Shown here: positions 1 through 9,400 of the stretch, piece after piece
Layout of the letters: every line of letters starts with the position of its first letter
How positions within the stretch are numbered: the first letter of the stretch is position 1
From: Candidatus Poribacteria bacterium
Lineage (GTDB): Bacteria > Poribacteria > WGA-4E > UBA9662
NCBI GenBank assembly: GCA_046582655.1
Contig: JAYGDX010000384.1
Span: 1 to 18,160, forward strand
Direction: 5' to 3'
Length of the DNA stretch: 18,160 nt
Program-made: the position numbers and the translations under genes
The notes under the pieces: generated by a model
Database searches by the model: none
What the model was told of the DNA's origin: nothing
The model's input: only the letters and a program-made list of their open reading frames with translations

Positions 1-113
1 TCGGCCGGTGTCTCCCCATCTTGAACCATGGCATTGTTTATCAGCCTTGTTTCCAGTTGCTGAATACGTTTTTGGCAATCTGCACGTAATATTAAAGCTT
101 CTGCTAATTTCAT
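1..113 (-). CDS. DIP1984-family coiled-coil protein, N-terminal part (runs off the window edge)
   Basis: Manual translation from the ATG at 113 gives MKLAEALILRADCQKRIQQLETRLINNAMVQDGETPA, matching the MKLAEALxxRAD...N(A)xVQ(E/D)G start of this family. GGAG lies 7 nt upstream. Not in the ORF track because it is truncated. Confidence 0.8.
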   Translation of the reverse strand, partial: MKLAEALILRADCQKRIQQLETRLINNAMVQDGETPA

Positions 114-208
114 AATTAGGCTCCAATGATTAAACCAACTCTGAGAGAATAAGATGCGGTGCTTCTGTCGCCATTCACAATATCAAAGGATGATTGATTC
201 AGTTTAAA

Positions 209-1225
209 CTACCATTTTGCACCATACTCCACAAGAAGATTTGCAAAGCCTTCATTGTTGCTGCACTTGCTGATTAATGAACGCCCAATGTCATCCTTCG
301 AATTTGGGTCAGCTCCTGACTCAAGAAGTAGTTGAAGAATATCATAATGCCAACAGTGGATCGAATAATCAGCCGGTGTGAAACCTCTCAGACGCATATT
401 GGCCAAAGATTTATCTCGACTCAAGTTTTCAGATACACTATCATAATCACCAAGTGCCACAGTTGTATGAAAGTCATGAGGTGCCCCTCTAGATATAAGA
501 TATCTTACAAGGTCCGGATCCATTTGATTAGATAACAAATGTAACGTGGCCGTATATAACGGTGTCTGACCATCGGTACATGGTTTATTTACATCGGCAC
601 CGTTTTCAATGAGCAGCTTTACAGCATTGAAGTGATTGTTGCGTGCCGCATGGTATAGTACAGTCTGTCCATTCTGGTCCACGTCGTTAATGGTATCTTT
701 GCTCTGTTTAAGCAAATCGCCTATAATATTTGCATTCCCAATAGCTGATGCGGTAAAAATATCAACACTCGCATTATTTTTAACAAGGAGGTCTATAATA
801 CTTACAGCAGTTCCTTCTTTCCAAGGCCCACCATGGGAAGCCTCCATTAGGGGAGTTCTACCAGCATTATCATTTGCATTAACATCAGCATCATATCGAA
901 CAAGAATCTCTGCAAAAGCATAGTTGCCTTTTTCAGCAGCATAGTGCAACGCAGTACGGCCATCGTTTGTCGTTGAGTGGACCAAAGCTGGTTTATTTTT
1001 TAAGAGTTCTTCACCTTCCGTGTTTTTGCATAAATACGCACAAGAAAATATGTCGAGAGTGGCTCCGTTGCCCAGTAGAAAATTAACTGCCTCCCCGTTC
1101 CCGTACATAGCAGCTATATATAACGGTGGAAGCCCATTTTCATCCTTCTCATTGACGGATTGTGGGTTCTTTTTGAATACTTCTTCCACATCTTTAAGGT
1201 CATAGGTGGTAACAGCTTTAAACAT
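209..1225 (-). CDS. Ankyrin repeat protein, intact, no signal peptide
   Basis: Multiple ankyrin motifs (GRTALHYAAEKG, GRTPLMEA, GQTVLYHAARNN, GQTPLYTA); AAGGAG RBS upstream of the ATG. Confidence 0.93.
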   Translation of the reverse strand: MFKAVTTYDLKDVEEVFKKNPQSVNEKDENGLPPLYIAAMYGNGEAVNFLLGNGATLDIFSCAYLCKNTEGEELLKNKPALVHSTTNDGRTALHYAAEKGNYAFAEILVRYDADVNANDNAGRTPLMEASHGGPWKEGTAVSIIDLLVKNNASVDIFTASAIGNANIIGDLLKQSKDTINDVDQNGQTVLYHAARNNHFNAVKLLIENGADVNKPCTDGQTPLYTATLHLLSNQMDPDLVRYLISRGAPHDFHTTVALGDYDSVSENLSRDKSLANMRLRGFTPADYSIHCWHYDILQLLLESGADPNSKDDIGRSLISKCSNNEGFANLLVEYGAKW

Positions 1226-1245
1226 GATTTAATTCTCCTTGGCCG

Positions 1246-1313
1246 TAATAACCTCTCATTCCGTCAACTGTCGGTTCCACAAACCCCTAGGAGGCTGACG
1301 GAATCAATCTATA
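1246..1313 (-). mobile_element. Degenerate attC-like inverted repeat upstream of the ankyrin gene
   Basis: Perfect 9-bp IR ATTCCGTCA (1258-1266) / TGACGGAAT (1296-1304). The minus strand continues 5 nt later with GTTATTA (R'-like), 20 nt before the ankyrin ATG. The R'' side is degenerate. Confidence 0.35.
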
Positions 1314-1433
1314 CCTACATCCCAAGCAAATCTGACCTGTTTTCATGCGATTTCCAAAGAACAAATAAGCCTTTTTACCCGCTGCAATTTGAGGTTCCTG
1401 CAGCTTTGATTTAACCGTTGCCTTCGCTGAAAA

Positions 1434-1547
1434 ATCGGGGGTATCCCTGTCAGTCCACCCAAGGCTCACGGTCTCTGGCTTCTCATGATGCAGGCGCTGA
1501 GTAAACTCTATATCTTTGCGCGAATAGGAGATGAATACATCGACCAT
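1434..1547 (-). pseudogene. TIR-domain (TIR_2-like) N-terminal relic
   Basis: MVDVFISYSRKDIEFTQRLHHE, then after a frameshift EARDREPWVD*Q (TGA at 1450-1452 where W is expected). This matches the DVFISYSR..D...RL...L......WxDW pattern of bacterial TIR proteins. Confidence 0.75.
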
Positions 1548-2003
1548 ATCAGTTGCCTTTTGCGGCTCAAGTTGCTGGACTTGATATGGCATTCTAGCAC
1601 GACTGCCATATTGGGGTCAAGCGGTGGGGCACTATATAGTATGACGAATCGTTCTCAGGACACCCCAAGGCAGAGGCTTACCGTGTAAGTCAGATTCTCA
1701 ATGGATAGGTCATCTCAACAAGGACAAGATGTTCAACTATAAAGCACTGGCTTAGCCAGCACAGACACGACTGATGTTTTGCTTTTCCCTTTTCCCCTCT
1801 TCTCAAAAGCATTTCGTAATGCCCTTCCCAGCACTTCGCCAGCGAACCTTTTTTATCGCCCCTGAAGTAGAACATATTGAAATTTGGAAATAATTTGTTT
1901 GAATTTTGGAATCAAATGGAATTCTGATGTGTAATTTCAAGTATCAAATCACTGTCAAATCTGACTACACAAAATGACTGAGATTTGATAGTATTCTTCC
2001 TGA

Positions 2004-2033
2004 TTGATTCCTGTTAATACTTGGGCTTATAAT
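2004..2033 (+). promoter_or_regulatory. Possible sigma70 promoter
   Basis: TTGATT-N18-TATAAT in an AT-rich intergenic region upstream of the plus-strand gene run. A 9-bp IR TATCAAATC/GATTTGATA (1942-1990) lies just upstream. Confidence 0.3.
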
Positions 2034-2087
2034 ATAATATTTATTTACTGCAAATTATGATCTGTTTTGAAATCTAGATAAATTCAG

Positions 2088-2189
2088 ATGAAACGAATTA
2101 TTCTATTACTTTTGCTGGCCGTTTTGGTTTCTAATTCTGTTTGGACTGCAATTATTAAAGTTCCTGCTGGCCAAACTACAATATCTTGA
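2088..2189 (+). pseudogene. Relic N-terminus of a secreted protein (33 aa)
   Basis: MKRIILLLLLAVLVSNSVWTAIIKVPAGQTTIS*: a Sec signal peptide followed by an IxVPxxxxTI motif typical of the start of beta-helix (pectin-lyase-like) surface proteins, then a stop. Confidence 0.5.
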
Positions 2190-2230
2190 ACTATCGATAA
2201 TCAGTATCTATTTATTTTCAGAGAACTCTA

Positions 2231-3918
2231 ATGTCAATCGATGAAACTTTTCAGGTTACGGATCTTTGTCAAGCGGCAACCAACGATGACATTGAAAAGA
2301 TTCGGTCAATCCTCGACAGACAACCCAATTTAGTTAATGTACATGTTACTGAAAGCAATGAACATCAGGCTATCCATTATGCCGTAATCAATCAGAACAA
2401 AAATGCTGTGCGTCTTCTGATGGAAAGAGGAGCTAACCATACGTCAGGCATCTATCCCCATCGAAATGCGACGAGTGCTTTGACTATGGCCGAAGACCAA
2501 GGTCAATCTGACATCGTGCAGATTATTCAAGATGAAGATGAAAAACGACAGTTGGCTGCCTGCCGGAATATTACTATCACACCAGAAAACGATGCCTTGT
2601 TTGAAGCAATTAATCAAGGATTATATTTGGAAGCACTTGAGATCCTAGACAGCCATCCAGAACTCATCGATGCTTGCCATCGTAATGGAGGGAGTGTAAT
2701 TTATACGGCAGCTTGTCAGGGACATTACCATTTGGTGAAGGAACTTTTAAATAGGGAGGCTGATATCAACCATCTTACTCTTGAGGGACAATCGCCTCTC
2801 GATGGTGCGGTACACAATGCTCGCTTACGCCACAAACAAATCAACCATGGGTGCTTAATTTGTATAGGAATTTTGATGCAAGCTGGATGTCAAGTATCTG
2901 TTGAAAGTGCCATTGCTTTGGGCGATGAAAATTTAATAAAGCAATTTGTAGCAAACCGTCCGGGGCGGTTTCAGTCTAGTTACGATAAACGGGACGGCCT
3001 TCTGCAGATTGCAGTTGAAAACGACAATATAACAATGCTGGAGTTGTTAATCTCACTGGGGTTAGACCCAGATGATCGCCATCAACTTCTTGAATATGAA
3101 TCTAAACCATTTAGTTGGGGCAACCATTGTGGATTGCTTCTGGAGAATCTTGCTATCAGATAGCAGAATTTTTATTGGAACACAATGCCGACCCCAATGC
3201 AAGTCTTTACGCCAGCGGAAATCCCTTAAGTCGCGCTTACAATAACAGAGATGAGGAAATGAAAGGTCTTCTCTTCCGCTATGGTGCAGAATTAGATCCA
3301 ATCACAGCTGGATTGGAAGGGGAAACATCAGCTGCCGCAGTGGCCTTGCAAAGTGACGTAACCTTGGCTCAAGATTTACTTTGGGCAGCTGGTTGTGGTG
3401 GGGATCCAAATATTGTTGGTATGTGTCTCCGACACCTAGATTGGGCAAATGCCGACAAAAGATGGTTTAACCTACTGGAGCAACCTTTGCGGCAGTGGCG
3501 TCTTGGGCCTCATAGGAAATATCGGGATTTCGACCGTAAAGTCTATTTCGAGATTTTTGAAATGATTCTATCGCATGGAGCCAGTCCCAATATAATTGGT
3601 CGCTTTGGTTACCGGTTGGCCCACCATCTGGCGGCTTGTGGGGTTGTTTGGGAGGAACCCATTATGACTGAAACTGATAGAATTGAGTTTGCTACAATCT
3701 TATTAAAATATAAGGCCGATCTAAACGTAATTGATGATTTATTACAATCAACACCTCTAGGCTGGGCAGTTCGATGGGGAAAATATGAACTGGCTCATCT
3801 GTATTTGGAGAATGGTGCTCATCCAACACTCGCAGGAGCACAATGGGCGACACCCCTCCACTGGGCAGAAAAGAAAAAGCAAACAAAGATAACAACCTTA
3901 CTAAAGAAATATTTATAA
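2231..3918 (+). pseudogene. Ankyrin repeat protein (~560 aa) split by one frameshift
   Basis: ORFs 2231-3163 and 3115-3918 both carry ankyrin motifs. Adding one G to the G4 run at 3117-3120 joins them as ...PFSWG-QPLWIAS... Confidence 0.85.
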
Positions 3919-4233
3919 ACTACTCATATCAAAACTGCAAATTGGGTAACATCGAAATTCATCCTTTTCACCCGTCATTAGTTTACTTGCCAAGTTTAGA
4001 AACTTGAACCAATCATTTTTGACAGAGTCGAGTGCAAGATTACGGTTATTCCAACATTTTTCAACACCACCCAGACATTGGATGGTAATCTTGAAAAAGA
4101 GCTGAGAGTTAATGAACTTAGTACTATTGCAATCGTATCCACGAACAATTAGCTAAGATTAAAGACAAAGGAGAATTTAAATAAAAATGTCATTCGCATA
4201 CAGTGGATGTGGACAAATTAGAGGAGAGATAGA

Positions 4234-5004
4234 GTGAAACCACATGAGGCGAATCAAGCCTTTTGGAATGCTTCTACTAACTGGTGGAAAGAAAAGGAGG
4301 ACAGGCGTGGCCTTTGGATGAGAGCTCATGAAGATCCTTCTTCGGTTTTGAGTATACCCGAGATGCCTTTCGTCAAAGATGTCGAAGCAAAAGAGGTTTG
4401 CGTCTTGGGTAGCGGCGACAACGAAGTTGCTTTCGCTTTAGCCGGTCTCGGTGGTCATATCACCTCTGTCGACATCTCAGAACGCCGTCTTGGTGTCGCC
4501 GCAGACAGAGCCTGCACACTCGGACTTCAACTGTCGTTCCTACAGGCGGATGTAACAGACTTATCTGCCTTAGAGGACAATACTTTCGATTTCGTCTACA
4601 CGGGTGGGCATATGTCCGTTTGGGTCTCTGACATTCAAAAGTACTATGCTGAGGCCGTTCGCATTCTGAACGCTAGTGGGCTGCTCATGGTGAATGAATA
4701 TCACCCCATTCGCCGAATATGGCTGGATACTAACGGGGAACAACCCCGTCACGACTACTTTAATCGTGGTCCTTATAAATATACTTCGGATGAGGGGCTG
4801 CCAACGTTTGAATACCACTGGACCGTTTCAGATCACATTCAGGCGATGGTGGATGCGGGTTGTTTTATAGTTAAGGTTGATGAACATGGGACGCAGATTC
4901 AGGATGAGTTCTGGATGGAAGCCAATCTGGAAAAACTACCCGCTTACCTGATGATCGTCGGAAGGAAAGAATCACCCAATCAGACGCTAATAAACGACGC
5001 CTAA
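4234..5004 (+). CDS. Class I SAM-dependent methyltransferase
   Basis: Motif I-like VCVLGSGD, VDIS, ADVTDL...FDFVY and EAVRIL; GAGGAG RBS upstream of the GTG start. Confidence 0.9.
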   Translation: MKPHEANQAFWNASTNWWKEKEDRRGLWMRAHEDPSSVLSIPEMPFVKDVEAKEVCVLGSGDNEVAFALAGLGGHITSVDISERRLGVAADRACTLGLQLSFLQADVTDLSALEDNTFDFVYTGGHMSVWVSDIQKYYAEAVRILNASGLLMVNEYHPIRRIWLDTNGEQPRHDYFNRGPYKYTSDEGLPTFEYHWTVSDHIQAMVDAGCFIVKVDEHGTQIQDEFWMEANLEKLPAYLMIVGRKESPNQTLINDA

Positions 5005-5034
5005 CCTCGTGCCTCGGCGCAAATGTTGAGGCAA
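4974..5034 (+). mobile_element. Degenerate attC-like site or hairpin at the 3' end of the methyltransferase
   Basis: ACCCAAT (4974-4980) to GTTGAGG (5025-5031) spans 58 bp. The protein tail PNQTLI resembles attC-encoded tails. Alternatively this is only the 9-bp hairpin TGCCTCGGC/GTTGAGGCA. Confidence 0.3.
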
Positions 5035-5190
5035 AAAAGAAACTGTCAATTTCACAAAAAGCAAGCATTTTCTGACAAGAAAAAAGCCTACTGGGTCTAT
5101 CTGATATTAGTCTCATCCGGCGCACCATCTCCCATTAGATATCTAAGGAATATTAAGAAATAATAATTAATCAACTGAGAGAATTCACTC

Positions 5191-6380
5191 ATGCCTTCAA
5201 CTGCTAATCCTAATATGACAGATAAAAATAAAAGGGCTTCTGAATTCTGGGACGCAATTTTAGGCAACGACCATTCAATTGTTGAAGAACTTCTCAAACA
5301 AGATGTCACACTGGTGGAAAAGGATTTTCGTCCAGTGGGGGAGCAGGACCCACATACCCAATGGATTCCCACTGGTGAAAGCCTGTGAAGCAGGCTATTA
5401 TAAAATGGCAACTTTACTACTTGAGTATAGTGCGGATGTGAATGCCTTTGCTTATTGTGACCACTCCATGGTAGAGCGCCTCTACAGCGCAGCCATGAAG
5501 GCTGGTGCCCCAACCGATTTGGTTCGCCGCGGTTTCAACAAATACTTACATCCAGAAGGTAATAAATTCTTCGTAGCAGATAATGATAATTGGTTAGGGC
5601 ACAAAACACCAGAGGCTGTCAGGCTTTTCACCCGTGTCCTGTCCTTGGGTGGTCAACCAAGTCTGCAATCAATCGTCCGCCAGGAGCACTATGCCCTGAT
5701 TGAGGATCTATTCCAATCCTGTCCAGAGAAGCCCGGAACCATGCACGATCATCCCCATGGCACTGTCTTCATGAATCTCTGTGATGCCGCCAGTTGGATG
5801 GGCTACCCTCAAGTATTCGATCTCGCCATGGAAATATGTCCTCAGTTGCATGGGCCTGAATTGGCCCGAACTGCAATCAAGCGTGCCTTGGTGAGCCACA
5901 ACCGTGACGGCAGCGTGGACGATTATCATCAATTGATCACAACACAACTTAATTATTTGTGGCAACTGGATGAAATGAAGTCCACCATCCATAACGGTTT
6001 GCTGTTGCCCCACTACCTATTGGCGGAAAACTACTGCTGGCCCAGCAATTATGGCTTCAGGGCCAGTGTCTCCAGTCCAGAAGGATTGATCCAGCTAGGG
6101 AAACTATTTATTGAATACAGTTTTGAGGATTTAGATCGGCGTCATCCAGAGACACAACGAACCCCTCTGGCCGAGGCTGCTTGGCGAGGTGATCACCCAG
6201 GCATGTTGGAGTACATCGAGTTCCTGCTTGTAAGGGGTGCTAGTTTGTGCCGCAACGATCCAGATGAAAGCTGCCCAATTTCGATTGCAAAGCGAAGACT
6301 GGCTAAAGCAAGCAACGAAGCTAAACGTGAACGGTTGAAGCAGATTGAATCATTCAGGCATTTATTATACAATTATCATT
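5191..6380 (+). pseudogene. Divergent ankyrin repeat protein with a 5' frameshift and no stop codon before the next gene
   Basis: Removing one C from CCC at 5357-5359 joins ORF 5191 to ORF 5279 (DPHT-NGFPLVKACEAG). Ankyrin motifs include LLLEYSADVNA and RTPLAEAAWRG..FLLVRGA. The end position is approximate. Confidence 0.75.
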
Positions 6381-6478
6381 CATGGTATCTCAAGACGTGT
6401 GGTACAGCATGGAACTGTTTACTTTCTTGCAAACTGAGTGCATCATTAATTAAATATAATATTGAGGAGAAATACAAT

Positions 6479-6856
6479 ATGTCCGATTTGCTTTTTATCA
6501 CAGCATCGCCTTACCAGGACGATGTACTGAACCTGCCAGTTAAAGATTTAGACACCGCCATTCCTTTCTATGAAGATTTCATGGGCTTTCAAGTCCTCGA
6601 GCGCGCTGAAGACCCTCATAAACGGGCTATCCTGTGGCGGCAGGACGTAAAGATTGGTTTGGCTGAAAACGGTGGCGACCCTGAAGAGGAGGGAAGCTAT
6701 TTCAAAGTTAGCTCGGTTCAGGCAGCATTTGATTTTTTCTCTGCTAATGGTCTGACAAAATGTGAAAATGCCTCACTCTCTGAACAGATTAATGATGATG
6801 GTATTTTCTTCATCGTCGCTCCAGACCGACTCTGTTACTGTTTTGGTGAAGAATAA
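6479..6856 (+). CDS. VOC / glyoxalase / bleomycin-resistance family protein (125 aa)
   Basis: Own GAGGAG RBS (6464-6469) and ATG at 6479, inside ORF 5279-6856. Motifs LPVKDLDTAIPFYEDFMGF and FFIVAPDRLCYCFG. Confidence 0.85.
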   Translation: MSDLLFITASPYQDDVLNLPVKDLDTAIPFYEDFMGFQVLERAEDPHKRAILWRQDVKIGLAENGGDPEEEGSYFKVSSVQAAFDFFSANGLTKCENASLSEQINDDGIFFIVAPDRLCYCFGEE

Positions 6857-6917
6857 TACAGATAATTCGCCTGTCTAGTCAGACCAGAGGTAAAAACGAT
6901 AATACTGGGTGAACTTA

Positions 6918-7295
6918 ATGGAAAAAATAGAATTCAACGATATAGCACCTCATTTGATAGTTACTGATATGATAGCTTCAGCCGAATTTTACAGAGATTC
7001 GCTAGGTTTTGATTTCAACCGATTCTGGGGAGAGCCGCCCAATTTTGTTATTCTTTTTCGTGGATCTGTTCAACTAATGCTTAGCCAAGACAACACAAAA
7101 GCTCCTCAACCATTGCAAAATGGTCGGTTTGATGCCTATATTTGGTTAAGTCAAGGGATCGATCAACTCTTTGATGAGTACAAGCAGAAAGGGGTAGAAA
7201 TCATTGAGCCACTGGAAATTACCTTCTTTCAAATGCAACAATTCTTGATTAAAGATAACAATGGATATGTCCTATGCTTTGGTCAGGAGATTTGA
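6918..7295 (+). CDS. VOC / bleomycin-resistance family protein
   Basis: PHLIVTDMIASAEFYRDSLGF ... QFLIKDNNGYVLCFGQ. Start is ATG 6918 or GTG 6909. Confidence 0.9.
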   Translation: MEKIEFNDIAPHLIVTDMIASAEFYRDSLGFDFNRFWGEPPNFVILFRGSVQLMLSQDNTKAPQPLQNGRFDAYIWLSQGIDQLFDEYKQKGVEIIEPLEITFFQMQQFLIKDNNGYVLCFGQEI

Positions 7296-7355
7296 GACTT
7301 TGAAATTGCCATGCTACTCTAAAAGGTCCACGGTCAAAACTACGGATTACTTAAA

Positions 7356-8767
7356 TTGCGAGTATACGCAAAGGTGTTGAGGAACATAACAAACACTTCT
7401 CAAATCTTTGAACAGGGAGTCGAATTCATTCAGCAAAAAGACCCACAATCTCTGAATATATTGCTGCAAACTCATTGCCAATTATCGCGTTGTTCGGATC
7501 CAAAAGATCCAAGCCAAAGACTGATTCACCACACTCTTTCATATGCCAATTTCGCTGGTGATGACCCCAGTTTTTGGTCAACTCCAGAATGTGCAGACGT
7601 GCTTTTAGAAAACGGAGCCTTAGTTGATGCCAAGTTTACCTCCGGGTTCTCAACACAGCCGATTCACCAATGATTAAATTATTGAGTCACAAGTTCATGC
7701 TACCAACAAATATACGTACCATAGCCGTTCTTGGTAAATCTAGAGATTTGGAAAATTGGTTTGACAAGAAAAAACTCAAGCCAAATGCAACCCCGCCAAC
7801 GAAGTGGCTAAAAAATTCTTCCAATCCTTTACACCAAAGATGGCAAATTCAAAATCATCAGCTTACGGACGATCGGTTGATTACCGACGCTTTTCGATAT
7901 GCCATTCGCTTTGGGCAAAACGCGCGGCTGATTTTCTGTTGGAACAGGCTATAGGTATGAATGCTGAATTGGCAAAACAAATCAAGGAATTAACCAAGGA
8001 AGCCTTTCTTAACTACCTAATCCAACACCGCGGAATAATCTGCGTAACTGATACATTTCCCAAATGGGAAATGTCGCAAATGGTCAAGACCATACACGCA
8101 ATCGTAACCAATGATATTGACTCATTCCAAGCGGTTTTTCAGAAAATACCGTCATTGCTTAAACGACAATACATTAAACAACAAATTGAGTTACTTGAAG
8201 CCGCTTACTCTAACGGATACGCGTTTGCCAAATTGCGGTTGGAAGAGCATATATCACACAATTCAATCCTCGTCCAAAGTCCAAGGCTTTAGTATATGCC
8301 ATTGACTATGGTAACCGAGAGATGGTTGAGTTGCTGAGGGACTCTGGGAACCACCAAATGACCTGCCAACCCTAGCTGGGTTGGCAGGTCATATACAAAA
8401 AGTACAGACTTTCTTAAATAGCCAAACAGATGAAGTGGGTTTAATGCATGGACTGGCTTTGGCCTGTATGAACCAACATATCGAGATCGCTGATTATCTA
8501 ATCAAACAAGGGGTAGATATCAATACCGAATGGAGCTTGCATGAACCAGCTACCATCCTGCATCATTTGGCATTTTTTGGTAAGTTAGAGATGGTTCAGT
8601 TTTTGGTTGAATGTGGTGCGGATAAGAGTATCAAAGATTTTCGTTATTAAGCAGATGCTTTAGGTTGGGCCAAATATAATGGACAAGATCAAGTGGTGGC
8701 TTACCTTAAACAGGTGATTAATAAAAACAAGAAGCCATTAGGAAATGATGTCAAAACCAACATGTAA
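7356..8767 (+). pseudogene. Heavily disrupted ankyrin repeat gene
   Basis: Can be rebuilt across frameshifts at ~7633, 7917-7920 (A4), ~8257 and ~8342, plus an in-frame TAA at 8648-8650. Homology continues after the TAA (ADALGWAKYNGQDQVVAYLK) to a TAA at 8765-8767. A hidden segment reads KALVYAIDYGNREMVELL. Confidence 0.8.
8358..8392. repeat. Perfect 15-bp inverted repeat with a 5-nt loop
   Basis: ATGACCTGCCAACCC-TAGCT-GGGTTGGCAGGTCAT. Confidence 0.9.
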
Positions 8768-9400
8768 CCGAGATCGAAATGTCTATCCGTTAAATAGACG
8801 CCGACGTCCGACACAATCTGTCGGAGGAGTTCCCCACCCGGTCGACCTGGACCGGAGCAGCATGCTGCGGAGCATACCTCGAAGCAAGACATCTTCAAGA
8901 GGTAAAATTGATGCTGACGGCTACAGGGTCATGTTCCAAGCATACTACACCCTTGCAGATAACGGGAAAGATGCCTTGATTTCTCTGCCCGCTGACTATG
9001 ACGATCACGAGGGAAATCGAATCGTTCTGAGTTGAGAGTATAAGCGGATCTGACAGAGCTGTTTGGATTATGCTGAAATTTGGAGTTCTATTTTGAGGGG
9101 GATTATTTACCTCAACCCATAAGCTTTTAAGGGTTCCATATCTAAGGACATTGATAGTCTGTGAGACACTAGATTGTGAGGCATTTGTCTTGGGCTCAAA
9201 GAAAAATTTTGTTTCAAACACGTCAGCTGAAAAGCCAGTGGGTTATTCTTGATTAGGAATAAGAACTAAATCAGCTCTTAATGGTCATGATAATCAAGTC
9301 GAGTTAGCTGCCTGGATTTCAAATGTAAAAATAGTCGAATCTTTGGCCATCAAGCGAAACCGACTAGTGCTATAGAGCGGAAATCGAATCTTCCTTTTAG

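Noticed and set aside
1690..1875. 61-aa ORF and nearby TTTGGAA-like repeats (1880-1925)
   Set aside because: No family motif; the repeats are short, irregular and expected in AT-rich DNA. Not CRISPR.
3115..3125. Programmed frameshift in the ankyrin gene
   Set aside because: No slippery heptamer or stimulatory structure, and many similar lesions nearby, so decay or sequencing error is the simpler explanation.
8745..9290. Overlapping ORFs 8745-9035 (+) and 8895-9221 (-)
   Set aside because: Possibly gene debris, but no product can be assigned from the sequence alone.
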